A DNA stretch of 64,000 bases from Macrostomum lignano. Its lineage: Eukaryota. This document shows, one piece after another, positions 35,314-47,639 of the stretch; position 1 is the first letter of the stretch, and each line of letters opens with the position of its first letter. Location of the stretch: positions 372,001 to 436,000 of the forward strand of contig NIVC01000173.1 of the NCBI GenBank assembly GCA_002269645.1. Reading direction: 5' to 3'. The position numbers were made by a program, and so were the translations under genes. The notes beneath the pieces are model-generated. The model was not told the DNA's origin. It ran no database searches and worked only from the letters and a program-made list of their open reading frames with translations.

Positions 35314-36039
35314 ATGCAGGTCTCAGTGCTGCTGGCAAGCATACAGCTGCTGGCGGTGCGGGTCTTTTCGTGCCCTGCACCGTTCATAACCGAAGCCACC
35401 AAGTGCGTGTTCGTGCAGACGACGCAGAACTTCAACTGGTGCGACGCCAATCGGCAGTGCGCATCGATCGGAGGTGAGCTCATCAACTCGTACAGCTCGC
35501 TGAAACTTCTCAACAACATGCCAACCGTTACCAGCTGCGAATGCCATCTGTGGCTCGGAGTGACCGACTTGGCTGATGAGAGGAATTTGAGCAGGACCGG
35601 CTGGCAACTTGTTAATGATCGTGGAGTCCTGCCTCTAAACGAGTCCATGTGGCTTTTTAACCGGCCATATTACACTACTAGAGACTGCATCATTCAGATT
35701 GCCCACCAAAAAAAACTTGGAGACGAGGACTGCAGCAAGCGATTCGGATTCGTGTGCGAATGGACCGCCTCTCCGTCCGGGCCGCTCGCCATCGCCGTGT
35801 GGAAGCGAGATCCGTTCAAGCGCACCAGCTACAACCCCAGCTCTGATTACTGCCACACTGACCTGCTGCAGGTGAAGAGCCTCATCGATTGCATGGCGGC
35901 TGCGATGCGTTCTGGAAACAGCAAAAACGTTCTCTACAACTCTAAACTGAGACAGTGCCGTCTGCTGCAGTTCACCGACGCTCAGGTCGAAGAGGCGATC
36001 GAGACGAGCGCCGACTGGGTCAAGTACAGCATCTTCTGA
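35314..36039 (+). CDS. C-type lectin domain plus PAN/apple-like domain secreted protein, copy 2
   Basis: gacATG; signal MQVSVLLASIQLLAVRVFS; paralog of copy 1 with the same stop context. Confidence 0.88.
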   Translation: MQVSVLLASIQLLAVRVFSCPAPFITEATKCVFVQTTQNFNWCDANRQCASIGGELINSYSSLKLLNNMPTVTSCECHLWLGVTDLADERNLSRTGWQLVNDRGVLPLNESMWLFNRPYYTTRDCIIQIAHQKKLGDEDCSKRFGFVCEWTASPSGPLAIAVWKRDPFKRTSYNPSSDYCHTDLLQVKSLIDCMAAAMRSGNSKNVLYNSKLRQCRLLQFTDAQVEEAIETSADWVKYSIF

Positions 36040-36346
36040 TGAGCAGCTCAGTGCACGAGCGCTAATTCGATTGTTGATATTTTCGATAATGTAAGAAAGC
36101 TGAAGAACTTTAAACTTTGTAGGATGAAACATTTCTCCTAGATTCTGTCCTTGTTTTACACTTTTAGAACAAAGTTCACAACAGTACCGACGTGTAACTA
36201 TCATTGTTACTTAATTTCTATTATCTTTTTTATTGGTCAATTTTCAAGTGTTTCTTGATTACAGGAATATATTGAATCGTCATGTGAAATGTTTTTAATG
36301 CTTCTAATAGATAATATAATTAAGTGTTCTATGAACTTCTTGTTAT

Positions 36347-36790
36347 ACCGTCCTGCTATACAACGCCGAGACGTGGACGCTGACGGCTACGCTGGAGCGG
36401 CAGTTGGACTCGGCGCACTCAGGGCTGCTCCGTGCGGCCTATTGAGCTGACGAGAGCGTCGCGACTGAGGCCCTGTACGATCGGGCCAAGCTGCAGCGCC
36501 CGTCCATCATCCTGCGCTGGCGGCAACTTCAACTGGCGGGCCACCGCGTGATCCGGGCCGAGGGCTGCTGCCCCCAACCTGTTCAGGACGTCCTGCTGCT
36601 TACCTTGCAGGGCCCGTTCAGGCGGGGTCAGGCCCGAACCCGTCGATACGTGAACTGCCTCCTACGCGACGCTGGGGCGCCCCCGACGCTGCCAACTGGG
36701 CGGGCTTCGGCCGCTCTCAGGCTCTGCGGCGCGCCATCTGACGCACCCTGCTTTAACTGCGACCTTGCATTCGAGGCTGCGTACTTTGTT
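36347..36790 (+). mobile_element. 5'-truncated RTE-like LINE 3' end
   Basis: VLLYNAETWTLT...RQLQLAGH. Inserted exactly where the lectin-2 flank stops matching the lectin-1 flank; TTGTTAT on both sides is a candidate TSD. Confidence 0.8.
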
Positions 36791-38696
36791 GTTGTTATTT
36801 CACTCCTTACTTTTATTGAACGTTACCAGCTCTGTCAAATATTAATTATATTGTTCGAATTTTATGTCAGCACAAGATCGATTTATATTGCTTTTTAAAC
36901 AAACCCAGATGAGTTTTTGTGATTTTTCTGTTAAAACACTATATTCTAGCAGAAAACGTAAATCTGAGATTTTAATATTCTTATAACTTGAACGAAATAT
37001 ACAATATTTTATTAAAATTCTTGCTATAATATGACTGGAAATAAAACGTAAACTCGATCTTTAGGTCCCAAAACAAAAAAAATTAAATCGAATTCGCATT
37101 TTTATTTGGGTCACCACTGGATCAAACTGTTACTGTTGCCACAATTCTCGTAAGGATGATAACACTTTTTAGTTTGACCATTACATCGAAGCAAAGATAT
37201 ACAGTACGAGGGAGCCAACTTAATCTTTTGTTTGAATGATACGTGATACAATCGTCGCTCATTACATTTAGAAAATAGCTAGATATGCGTATAACAATAC
37301 GTATTACGTATACTCCTTGCATACAGTACCTGCAGGAATGCGAATGCTGTGTTAAATGCGAAATAACTTTGTAGCGTTTAATTAGGCCTAAAGGGGGACG
37401 ATTCTGTATTTATGCGCTCGTATCATGCTTGTATCTGAGGCTGGAGCAGAGATATGATGGGCAAACTCTAGCCCGCGAAGCCTCTCTATTTGGCCCTCGG
37501 GTCCTTTTCACAATAGCAGTCTGGCCTGCTCAAGGCTTGCCTCTTCGATCTCCTCTCAATTCCCTCTCCTCTCCCCTCGTTTCCCTATCTTTCCTATCTG
37601 TCCCCTCCTCTTCCCTCTTTTATACACAAAATTTGGTATTTGTATAATCTTACTGATTTTATCAGTACAACGGTACTAGTAAAGACTATATTAACTTCCT
37701 TTTTAGTTGACTTTGTTTTATCCGTTATTTGTTTATTTATTGGATAGAACAAAATATCCAAATGTGCTTTCCAGGAAATATTCGTTAATTTTCGAACGAC
37801 GCACGCACGCTTGCCATGTTCAATTTATTTCGATCGATCGTCGATCGAATCGAACGCATTTTTTATCAAAGGTCATGAGTTTTCGCTGAATGGTGTGGTG
37901 TAATAATAGCAGATTTGACCTGTCATTTTGTCTGGGTAAAAGTTGAAAAGCAAAACTTCTGGCCGTCAGTGACTCGTATGAGAATGGAACTTTCACGAGC
38001 ATATTAGGCCTAAGAAAACTTTACATTACAATTAGGCTATCCTGCAGAATCGTTCGTTAAATTCACTGTACGCACATTTTTTTAGCTATTGACATAAAAC
38101 TTTCCAAAAATGAATACATCAATACGACAATAGAAACAGCCAGGTGATTCCCAAGGTTACCCATGTATGGGCCTTGCGTAAATAATATAGGCTTTAATTT
38201 CAATTTCATTTGCATTGAAAATGGAAAAGGCAATGCTGTAGTGTCATATAAGACAATGTCATTGTTAAGAAAAGTTTACTATATAGCCTAGTATAGGCAT
38301 TAGACCTAGGCCTATTGAATATTGCATAGGGGCCTATGGCTATTGAATGTTGAATATTGAAATAGATAATCATCAATAAAAATTTTTGGTAATGACAACT
38401 AAAAAATCAAACACTCTACCTTACATGACCAAATTATCATACCATGATGCCAGAAATTTGAAAAGACTTCAAAATATTGCCAATATTTGATTCAATCAAT
38501 TGCCTTCTGAATTAATATATATCAGTTTCCAGTTTCCCAATTAGGTTTTTTTGGCAAATCAATCAAAAGGTTGCACAGAGCAGGTGTTCATTTAAATGAA
38601 ACTTTTATAAAAGCAAATGATTGTGTTTAAAAAACCTTAAATAAGTAATATTTTATCCTTTTTCTACTCTTTTAGGCCTAGTAAACAAAGTATTCT

Positions 38697-39716
38697 GCCC
38701 ATATTGCGGAAGGTTTTCTGTGTATGCCAGACACATTTTTATTGAATTTTTAATTGTATGCCAATAGATTTTAAATATACACCAACTTAAAAAATGTTTT
38801 AAAAAATCAACAAATATTTAAATTTAAAATTAAATTACAAAAAATTGATAATGACATGATAATTGTCGTGAAAATTCCGGTAATTAAAATGATTGGTAAA
38901 TGAGAAAATAGTAGCAGAAAAAATGGTTTTTGAAATAACTTAATGCAGAAAAAGCACGAAATAATTCTTTATATTAATTTCTATGCCAGTCGCCATACAC
39001 CACACTGTCCATAGTCTGGATCATGCTGGACTTATGCCAGAGGAAAAATCCAACATTTTTTGGCACTTATGCCAGACTTACGCCAACCAAAAAAAGGTCC
39101 CTCTGACTTATGCCACCCAAAAAAGGTCCCTTACAATTATTGTGAATAGAATAGAATAGAATAGAATGGAATAGATGATTTACAATTAATCGGTGATTAA
39201 TTAAATTCAGAAGTTGCAACTGTTTAAAAATCTCACAAGTTGCAAATTCTGAATCAAGAATCAAAGTAAGCATCTTGAAGCTAAAAAACTTTTGCTATCC
39301 TACAATAGATATTCTGCTATCTCATTTATACGAACTGCAATATTTTAATGAACTTTGTTTTAATGCTGCTTTTTAACATCATAATTAACGCAAATGTGTA
39401 ATGTTCTATAGTGATACATTTGATTGTGAATGATCTCATTTGTGCCAACATTTAAGCTACTTGATTAATGCCATGTACTTATGCCAAGCACTTACGCCAA
39501 GGCATATTTTGGCCTATACTTACGCCAAGCACTTATGCCAGCCTCCAATCCCAAACCAGATTTACGCTGGAGATCTCCGGCGTAAACGGCATGATCCGGA
39601 CTATGGCACACTGTATACCACAATGTACACAGCCAAGAAATGTATGCTAGTCAGCTAGTGTATGCCACGGTATGCCGGAATTTTCTGGCATATACCCTAC
39701 TATCCGCAAAATGGTA
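38697..39716. mobile_element. Degenerate foldback/TIR-type element rich in TATGCCA/TACGCCA motifs
   Basis: Outer imperfect inverted repeats (CCATwTTGCGGA...TATGCCAGA); inner inverted pair CATAGTCyGGATCATGC at 39011 and 39589; more than 10 copies of TAYGCCA. Confidence 0.5.
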
Positions 39717-40687
39717 TTCTGCAAATTTAAGCATTATACTTTTATGTAAATGACTATTTGTATATAGTAATAGCATTCTAATTACCAACCTCCAAAATTG
39801 AGGGAGATAGCATTGTGAATATTTTGCTTTATAACCTTTTTTAATTCTTTTTCAACACTTCTCTTCATATATATAGAATGAAAAGAGAGTGGAAAAAGAG
39901 GCCTTCATAGAATTAGAGGCCTCTTAAGTAAGACATTAGACAAGAGGTACTATAGGCCTAGTTTTAGAGTGCAATCATTTTAAGGCAATTTTGGTTTTTA
40001 AAAAATAATCTAAAACTAAAATAAGTATATTAAGTTCTCATTTATAAATAAAATATATGTATATGTAAATGTTTATATGTAAAATATTCAAACCTGCAGC
40101 CCATCTTTATCTCACAAAAAGCCAAGACAAAATAGACATGAAAAAGGTGAAATGAAAGTTTAGACTTTAGAAAGCTGGATACAATGCTAGATCAAGAGCC
40201 TTGGGAGCCAGATTTAAAGGCTTTGGGGCCAGATTTGGCCCTGGGGCTGGGCTAGAGGTTGCAAACCTTAGATCTAGCTTAGATCTAGTCTAACCTAGAC
40301 TAATGTTTCATTCTATATTGTCAAAGATACTGTTATGAAAATGATAAAATATTTTTGTTGAATTGTTTCTTAGGGTCAAGTGCTTGTTTTATCCATTATC
40401 AGTTTATCAAAATGCAACCCATGGCTATGCTAGGGACAATAAATTTTAATATTCTAGATGGTTGAAAAATCTAGATTTAATATAATATAATATTTTTATC
40501 TATGATGCAATCTCTATTTGACTCAAAGTTTTTAGATTTTTGTGGTTTAAAAAGACTAGGTCATTTGTTTAACCAATATGTATTGTGATTTATATTATTT
40601 ATTATTTTATTTTTCAATCAGTGCTATCATAACTGTGTTTTCTCCTTCATGTAAATTATAGGCTTTAGGCCTATCATAGCACAGAAG

Positions 40688-40771
40688 ATGAAGCCAAAAG
40701 TTAAGGGTTTGAAATTTTTTCCACCAAAGAAAGAACTGGAAAACAAACCTGTACCTAAGACTGAACCACAT
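40688..40771 (+). CDS. Nucleolin-like multi-RRM protein, exon 1
   Basis: aagATG, Lys-rich frame, CAT|gtgagt donor. Confidence 0.75.
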
Positions 40772-40799
40772 GTGAGTTGCATTCAATATTCATGCCTGT

Positions 40800-40859
40800 C
40801 TGTCTATCTGTCTATCTATCTAGCTATCTATCTATCTATCTATATATCTATCTATCTAG

Positions 40860-40895
<36 letters not shown>

Positions 40896-40960
40896 TTATA
40901 TATCTCTCCATCTATCTATCTATCTGTCTATCTACCTATCTATCTATCTTTCAAATCTAT
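40800..40960 (+). repeat. (TATC)n microsatellite in intron 1
   Basis: Direct reading. Confidence 0.95.
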
Positions 40961-41022
40961 CTATCCAACACATAGTAAACATGTTGCCTTGTACAAACAA
41001 TTCAACTACGATCGGTTTGCAG

Positions 41023-41311
41023 GTTCCCACACAGCTGATCGAAGACACGGCGGCCAAGCAGCTAAAACATGAGAAACTGTCCAAGTTGAAGTTAAAAAAA
41101 TCCGAGAAAATTAAGCAGCTGCTTTTGCAAAAGAAAAAAGAAAAAAAACTGCAGCTGCAGTTGGAGAAGACCGAGCCCTCAAAGAAAGTGAATGAGCCGA
41201 TTAAAAAAAGTTTGCCAGAATCGGAGCAGACTAAGAAGAAGCTCAAGCAAGCAAAAGCGCCTTTGGCAGTCAAGGCGGCTAAACCAGTCAAGGCTAACGG
41301 ATCTACTACAG
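41023..41311 (+). CDS. Nucleolin-like protein, exon 2 (Lys-rich)
   Basis: tttgcag acceptor and G|gtagag donor (phase 1). Confidence 0.8.
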
Positions 41312-41422
41312 GTAGAGTAATTTGTTAATTAATTATATCTACCTTAGGGTTGGGGCTTGGTTTGTGATCCATGCACATTAGGAGACCAACCGCCAACATA
41401 GTCTTTCCGTTTCCATTTTTAG

Positions 41423-41613
41423 CAACAACAACCGCAGCAGCAGTAGCAGAAAAAAGCAGCCAATCCACTACAATCGAACCAGTTCGAGATCCGCTTCTGA
41501 GAGCCGAAATTGCCGACTATCTTCGGCGAAGGTCGGCGTGCACCGTTCGAGTTCGTCGGGTACCGAATAGACTGCGGTTTAAACAGATTGGACAGCTGTG
41601 CTCTGGGATTCAG
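41423..41613 (+). CDS. Nucleolin-like protein, exon 3 (start of RRM1)
   Basis: ttttag acceptor, CAG|gtaggg donor; TVRVRRVP RNP2-like motif. Confidence 0.8.
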
Positions 41614-41639
41614 GTAGGGATTTCCCCAAGTATTTGATC

Positions 41640-42480
41640 GGTGAGTGAGTACCCCAATCGAATCCTCAGTGACTGAGTGAGTACCCCAATCGAATCCTCA
41701 GTGACTGAGTGAGTACCCCAATCGAATCCTCAGTGACTGAGTGAGTACCCCAATCGAATCCTCAGTGACTGAGTGAGTACCCCATCCAATCCTGAGTGAG
41801 TACCACATCCAATCCTGAGTGAGTACCCCATTCAATCCTGAGTGAGAAAGTGAGTGAGTACCCCACCCAATCCTGAGTGAGAAAGTGAGTGAGTACCCCA
41901 CCCAATCCTGAGTGAGAAAGTGAGTGAGTACCCCATCCAATCCTGAGTGAGAAAGTGAGTGAGTACCCCATCCAATCCTGAGTGAGAAAGTGAGTGAGTA
42001 CCCCACCCAATCCTGAGTCAGTGAGTGAGTACCCCACCCAATCCTGAGTCAGTGAGTGAGTACCCACCCAATCCTGAGTGAGAAAGTGAGTGAGTACCCC
42101 ATCCAATCCTGAGTGAGAAAGTGAGTGAGTACCCCACCCAATCCTGAGTCAGTGAGTGAGTACCCCACCCAATCCTGAGTCAGTGAGTGAGTACCCACCC
42201 AATCCTGAGTCAGTGAGTGAGTACCCACCCAATCCTGAGTCAGTGAGTGAGTACCCACCCAATCCTGAGTCAGTGAGTGAGTACCCCACCCAATCCTGAG
42301 TCAGTGAGTGAGTACCCACCCAATCCTGAGTCAGTGAGTGAGTACCCCACCCAATCCTGAGTCAGTGAGTGAGTACCCCACCCAATCCTGAGTCAGTGAG
42401 TGAGTACCCCACCCAATCCTGAATCAGTGAGTCAGTACCCCATCCAATCCTGAGTCAGTGAGTCAGTAGCTACCCTATCC
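41640..42480 (+). repeat. 31/35-bp minisatellite (GTGAGTGAGTACCCCACCCAATCCTGAGTCA)n in intron 3
   Basis: About 25 units. Confidence 0.95.
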
Positions 42481-42558
42481 AATCCCAATGAGTGCCCAGT
42501 ATAGAAGGCGTAATACTTGGCCAGAAACTTCCCAATCGCCCCATCCGCCTCGCTGCAG

Positions 42559-43044
42559 GCCTACCGAGTCCCCTGGAACTACGCCGCCGGCCGGCACAAA
42601 GGCGTCGCTTTCTTAGAATTCGCTAGCCCCGAAGCCGCTAAACGAGCGGCCACAGAGATTTCATCGAATAAAACTCTGGGCTTCCGTCTGACCGCCGCTA
42701 TTCAAGGCGTATTTGGCGAGGATGATGATGCCGAGATGCAGCAGACTCAGCAGCAGCAGCAGCAGCAGCAGCAAGCCGACGGCTCAGCCGATCGTCACGA
42801 CGAAGACGCTTTCGCTGGCAACGTTGACGCTTACAATTGTCGCCGGGTGATTGTGTGCGGACTGCACCCCTTCACCACTGGCCAGGAGCTGAAAGATCTG
42901 GTCAGTCAGAATCTGTCCAACACTACGGTTGAACGCGTGGATTTTCAGCACGGCAGTAAACAGTTGCGCAAGAATTCGCCTGCGGTTGCGTTTCTGACGT
43001 TCACTGACGAGAGACGGGCCTTGGAGGCTGTCAAGAAGCTGCAG
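42559..43044 (+). CDS. Nucleolin-like protein, exon 4 (RRM1 end, polyQ linker, RRM2)
   Basis: ctgcag acceptor; RNP1 motifs KGVAFLEF and AVAFLTF; CAG|gtttgt donor. Confidence 0.88.
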
Positions 43045-43094
43045 GTTTGTTGCGGGATATCAGGGATATTCATCATCAATCTGAGGCTTTGCTA

Positions 43095-44125
43095 GCCCTG
43101 AGGATCTGAAGCTGAACTAACCCCTGAGGATCTGAAGGTTACGTAACCGCTTGGGATCTGAAGCTTAACTAAACCCTGACTATCTGAAGCTGAACTAACC
43201 CCTGAGGATCTGAAGCTGAACTAACCCCTGAAGATCTGAAGCTGAACTAACCCCTGAAGATCTGAAGCTGAACTAACCCCTGAGGATCTGAAGCTGAACT
43301 AACCCCTGAGGATCTGAAGCTGAACTAACCCCTGAATATCTGAAGCTGAACTAACCCCTGAAGATCTGAAGCTGAACTAACCCCTGAGGATCTGAAGGTT
43401 ACGTAACCGCTTGAGATCTGAAGCTGAACTAACCCCTGAGGATCTGAAGCTGAACTAACCCCTGAGGATCTGAAACTGAACTAACCCCTGAGGATCTGAA
43501 GCTGAACTAACCCCTGAGGATCTGAAGCTGAACTAACCCCTGAAGATCTGAAGCTGAACTAACCCCTGAATATCTGAAGCTGAACTATCCCCTGAGGATC
43601 TGAAGCTGAACTAACCCCTGAGGATCTGAAGCTGAACTAACCCCTGAAGATCTGAAGCTGAACTAACCCCTGAATATCTGAAGCTGAACTAACCCCTGAG
43701 GATCTGAAGCTGAACTATCCCCTGAGGAACTGAAGCTGAACTAACCCCTGAGGATCTGAAGCTGAACTAACCCCTGAAGATCTGAAGCTGAACTAACCCC
43801 TGAATATCTGAAGCTGAACTAACCCCTGAATATCTGAAGCTGAACTATCCCCTGAGGATCTGAAGCTGAACTATCCCCTGAGGATCTGAAGCTGAACTAA
43901 CCCCTGAAGATCTGAAGCTGAACTAACCTCTGAGGATCTGAAGCTGAACTAACCCCTGAGGATCTGAAGGTTACGTAACCGCTTAGGATCTGAAGCTTAG
44001 CTAAACCCTGAGGATCTGAAGGTTAAGTAGCCCCTGAGTATCTGAAGGTCAAGTAGCCCCTGAGAATCTAAAGGTTAAGTAGCTTCTGAGGGTCTGAAGG
44101 TTAAGTAGCCCCTGAGGATCTGAAG
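43095..44125 (+). repeat. 26-bp minisatellite (CCCCTGAGGATCTGAAGCTGAACTAA)n in intron 4
   Basis: About 39 units. Confidence 0.95.
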
Positions 44126-44242
44126 CGGAAACAGCAACTTCCTCCGAGCCTGAATAAAGAACCGGCCATAAAGATGTTCATTGAGGACTACATGTAACTT
44201 AACTCTTACATCACGTGACCCATTGCCCCCTCCCCCCGTCAG

Positions 44243-44548
44243 GGTCAGGAAATCCGCGGCCGACTTACCAGCTGGATGCTGCACAAGCGACCCCTGCGAT
44301 CAGAGCATCAGCGCGATCGAACCCAACTAGTTGCTTTCGGAGTCTCCAAGCGCGTTACAGACGAGGATCTGCTGAAAGCGTTTCCCAATTCGAAGAGTAT
44401 CGACGTTAAACAGGGCCACGGCATGGCGGTGGTTACCTACGCTAGTGAGACCGACTGCAGGACCGACTTTGATGCTTGCAAAGGTGGCGTGGTTCAAATT
44501 GGCAAGGCTCGCCTTCGCGTTGAGTTTGGAGCTGCGCATCACAGACCG
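44243..44548 (+). CDS. Nucleolin-like protein, exon 5 (RRM3)
   Basis: Joins as AVKKLQ|GQEIRGR, a classic RRM end; GMAVVTY RNP1; CCG|gtgagc donor. Confidence 0.88.
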
Positions 44549-44566
44549 GTGAGCTACTCTGCGGTT

Positions 44567-45220
44567 TGATCCGGTGTCTTTTGGTCCCTGACTTCCAGAT
44601 TGGACTAGTCCTTGGGATCCGGTGTCTTTTGGTCCCTGACTTCCGGATTGGCCTAGTCCTTGGGATCCGGTGTCTTTTGGTCCCTGACTCCCGGATTGGC
44701 CTAGTCCTTGGGATCTTTTGTCTTTTGGTTCCCTGACTTCCAGATTGGCTTAGTCCTTGGGATCCGGTGTCTTTTGGTCCCTGACTTCCAGATTGGCTTA
44801 GTCCTTGGGATCCGGTGTCTTTTGGTCCCTGACTTCCAGATTGGCTTTGTCCTTGGGACCCGGTGTCTTTTGGTCCCTGACTTCCAGATTGGCCTAGTCC
44901 TTGGGATCTTGTGTCTTTTGGTCCCTGACTTCCAGATTGACCTAGTCCTTGGGATCCGGTGTCTTTTGGTTCCCTGACTTCCAGATTGGCCTAGTCCTTG
45001 GGATCCGGTGTCTTTTGGTCCCTGACTTCCAGATTGACCTAGTCCTTGGGATCTTGTGTCTTTTGGTCCCTGACTTCCAGATTGGCTTAGTCCTTGGGAT
45101 CCGGTGTCTTTTGGTCCATGACTTCAAGATTGAGTCATGATCCCATCGCTCTAATGTTTGGGATCCGGTGTCTTCTGATCCCTGACTTCAATATTAACCT
45201 AATCCCTGGGATCCGGTGTG
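44567..45220 (+). repeat. 48-bp minisatellite (GATCCGGTGTCTTTTGGTCCCTGACTTCCAGATTGGCCTAGTCCTTGG)n in intron 5
   Basis: About 12-13 units. Confidence 0.95.
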
Positions 45221-45271
45221 TTTTAAATATTTCTTTTAATTTCCCTAATGGGAAATCTCAACACCAAACAG

Positions 45272-45922
45272 GCCGAGGAGCGCAAGTCATCAGCCAACTC
45301 TTCTAAGAAGCAGCAAGAGCAGCAGCAGCAGCAGCAGCGTCTGCCTCGTCAGAAACCAGCCAAGCCAAAAAAGCCGCTAAACATTGACCCCAGCCTGTTC
45401 AACAAGTGTCAACTAGTTTTGAAAAATTTCAAGCCCAATACAAAAGACTCAGATTTGAGCAAATTCCTGCCGGGCACTAAACGCGTGTACTTTACTGGCA
45501 ACAGGCGGCTGGCATTCGTTCATTTCTCTAGCGAAACAGCCGCAGCCGAGGCCCTGGCCAAGATTGGCAAAGAACTATTGCATGGCTGCAAACTCAAGGC
45601 CATGTACGCCATGGACAAGCCGGATAAGAAAAAGGTTAAACAATTGCCGGCCACTACAAGCGGGAACGACATCGAACCGATGCAAGTTGAAGAAGAGTCT
45701 GTCATGGAAGCCGAAGGTGGCGCTGAACCAGCAGTTACTGAACACCAGCCAAAGCTGAAGAACAAGAAGAAAAAGTTCAAGCAGAAACCTGAAGCGTCTG
45801 CCGATGCTACTGCTGACTTCAAATTGCAGAAGAAAGCAGAGTTCAAGCCGGGCAATAAGAAAAAGAAGCTGTTTAAATTGTCCGATAAGAATAAGGAGGT
45901 TCAGCGAATGTTGAGAGCTTAG
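45272..45922 (+). CDS. Nucleolin-like protein, exon 6 (RRM4 and Lys-rich tail, stop)
   Basis: aaacag acceptor; LVLKNF RNP2 and RLAFVHF RNP1; TAG at 45922. Confidence 0.88.
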   Translation, partial: AEERKSSANSSKKQQEQQQQQQRLPRQKPAKPKKPLNIDPSLFNKCQLVLKNFKPNTKDSDLSKFLPGTKRVYFTGNRRLAFVHFSSETAAAEALAKIGKELLHGCKLKAMYAMDKPDKKKVKQLPATTSGNDIEPMQVEEESVMEAEGGAEPAVTEHQPKLKNKKKKFKQKPEASADATADFKLQKKAEFKPGNKKKKLFKLSDKNKEVQRMLRA

Positions 45923-46095
45923 CTTGGTTTATAGTTGACTGGTGAGTGTACAACTGTATGACTGTAGATTTAATTAGCAAAAAAGTCTTCTTATTATCTA
46001 AACAGGGATGACCGTAATGAAGAAAAGCGTCTTCCATCGTGTTTAATGTCTGAAGAACAATTCTTATGTAGCCTATAGTAACTAGTTACAGCGTA

Positions 46096-46225
46096 CAATT
46101 TTTGTGCCAGAGCAAGACTCTTAACTCTGCATTGCTTCAGTTCACCCAGCTGTAAAATGGGTGCCAGCATTAGCTGGGGGTAATTGAGGCTATATGTGGT
46201 GACCCCCCAGGCCTTGGACTGGACT
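46096..46225 (+). mobile_element. CORE-type SINE, partial copy 2
   Basis: Near-identical to 34185-34310 (CORE block), head missing. Confidence 0.8.
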
Positions 46226-46983
46226 TGGAGAGTTAAACTGAGTCATTATTAGTTGACCCTAATTTTATTTCCCCATAAACTTGCCTGTTATTTCAGAACT
46301 TGTCGGAACTACAAACAGTAGACAAGCCCAGTGCCGGATTGGAATACGCACCCAACGCATCAACTTTTGAATGAAACAATTATTAACTTAGTTTCGTTAA
46401 GCGAAAATTATGAGTATGATTTCGTACTGCATTTGTCCCGTCTTGTGGTCTTAGCGTGTTTAACTTTTTCAAGTTCCGATTTTAAAGAAATGTCTGTGCT
46501 GTGTCCGTGTCGGAACATCCTAGCAGTGCTGGTTGGTTTGTCATCCAATTGATACGAGTCGATGCTGCATCTGTCATTGCGATAAATAATAATGACAATA
46601 ATAATAATCATGTATTTTTTATGACAAAAAAACTTAATTATCTGCCAAAGCCATTTCAACTGTCTTATATTTTGTTTCTTTTCATAGAAAAACTGAGATT
46701 AGAAAGGCGCAGAAAAGTACTTAGAAAATGGCATCTAGGTTTTTGTCATAGCGAGTGTCATAGGACATCAAATAATTGTTGGCATTTTGGAGTTTAAACC
46801 TAAAGACGCTTGAACAACCCCAAGAATGGCAACAACATGTAAGCGGTTAATTCGAATCTAAAACAATCAATGGAAGTGGATATGTAGAAGCACAAACAAT
46901 GTCTAGTTATTAACTATCAACTAATTGGCTATATATTTAGTTAGTTTTTTCTGTACTAGCTACTTGTATTAGTAGCAAATCAG

Positions 46984-47612
46984 TCACACGCCCTGCTGTC
47001 GCAGTCTACTCAGTTTCGGTTTGGTCTGCAGCCGATGCTCGGTGCTGTGCAGCAGTCCGTAAGCAAAGTAGATTAAAAATCCAATTGTCATCCATACTAG
47101 GAAGCGAAGCCAGGTACCGTTTGGCAGGGCCATCATCAGGTAGAGATTGACCAAAATTGACAGGCAAGGTAGAAATGGCACGCCTGGCACTTTGAATGCC
47201 ACCTTCTTTGCGCTCTGCGGTTGCATGCGCAAGCTGACAATGCACGCTAGGCAGACTAGAATTGACAAAGCCGCTGCCACAGCCACTCCCGGATTGCTTA
47301 GCTGGTCTGAACACCGCTCAAGTATGAATGCTAGAGCCGCCGCCGATGCCATGAATATGGCTGAATTACCTCTGGTCACCGTTTCTGATAACAGACTGGG
47401 CTGCTCGTCCGGCGCGTGCACTTTTATTGAGCAACGAATGTAGTCGCGAAAACTGGGCGCTTTATTGACAGCATTGATGGCATCTACCGACGGTTCGCCA
47501 TTTTTAGGTCTGACTGATGATGATTCGTCTACTATTAGTGCGGCTGGTTGTTGGCCATTCTCCTCGTCTTCGTTTGATGAACAGTCTTTGTAGTCTGGAG
47601 AATTTTCGGTTT
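46984..47612 (-). CDS. Cationic amino acid transporter (SLC7A1-4/CAT family), last exon; apparent +1 indel near 47480
   Basis: Phase-1 acceptor gccag|AA; C-terminal AA_permease motif FKVPGVPFLPCLSILVNLYLM...TWLRFLVWMTIGFLIYFAYG. The frame is restored by removing one C in GCCC. Confidence 0.85.
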
Positions 47613-47639
47613 CTGGCGATTAGTAGAGTGGAGAAGAAA

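Noticed and set aside
37455-40268. Possible hAT/Charlie-like inverted ends (GCAAACTCTAGCCC / GGGCTAGAGGTTGC)
   Set aside because: The match is short and degenerate with no TSD; probably two unrelated MITE fragments.
41640-45220. CRISPR-like arrays (also 19868-20140, 27840-28675, 62040-62900)
   Set aside because: The units are contiguous with no unique spacers, there are no cas genes, and the context is eukaryotic. They are minisatellites.
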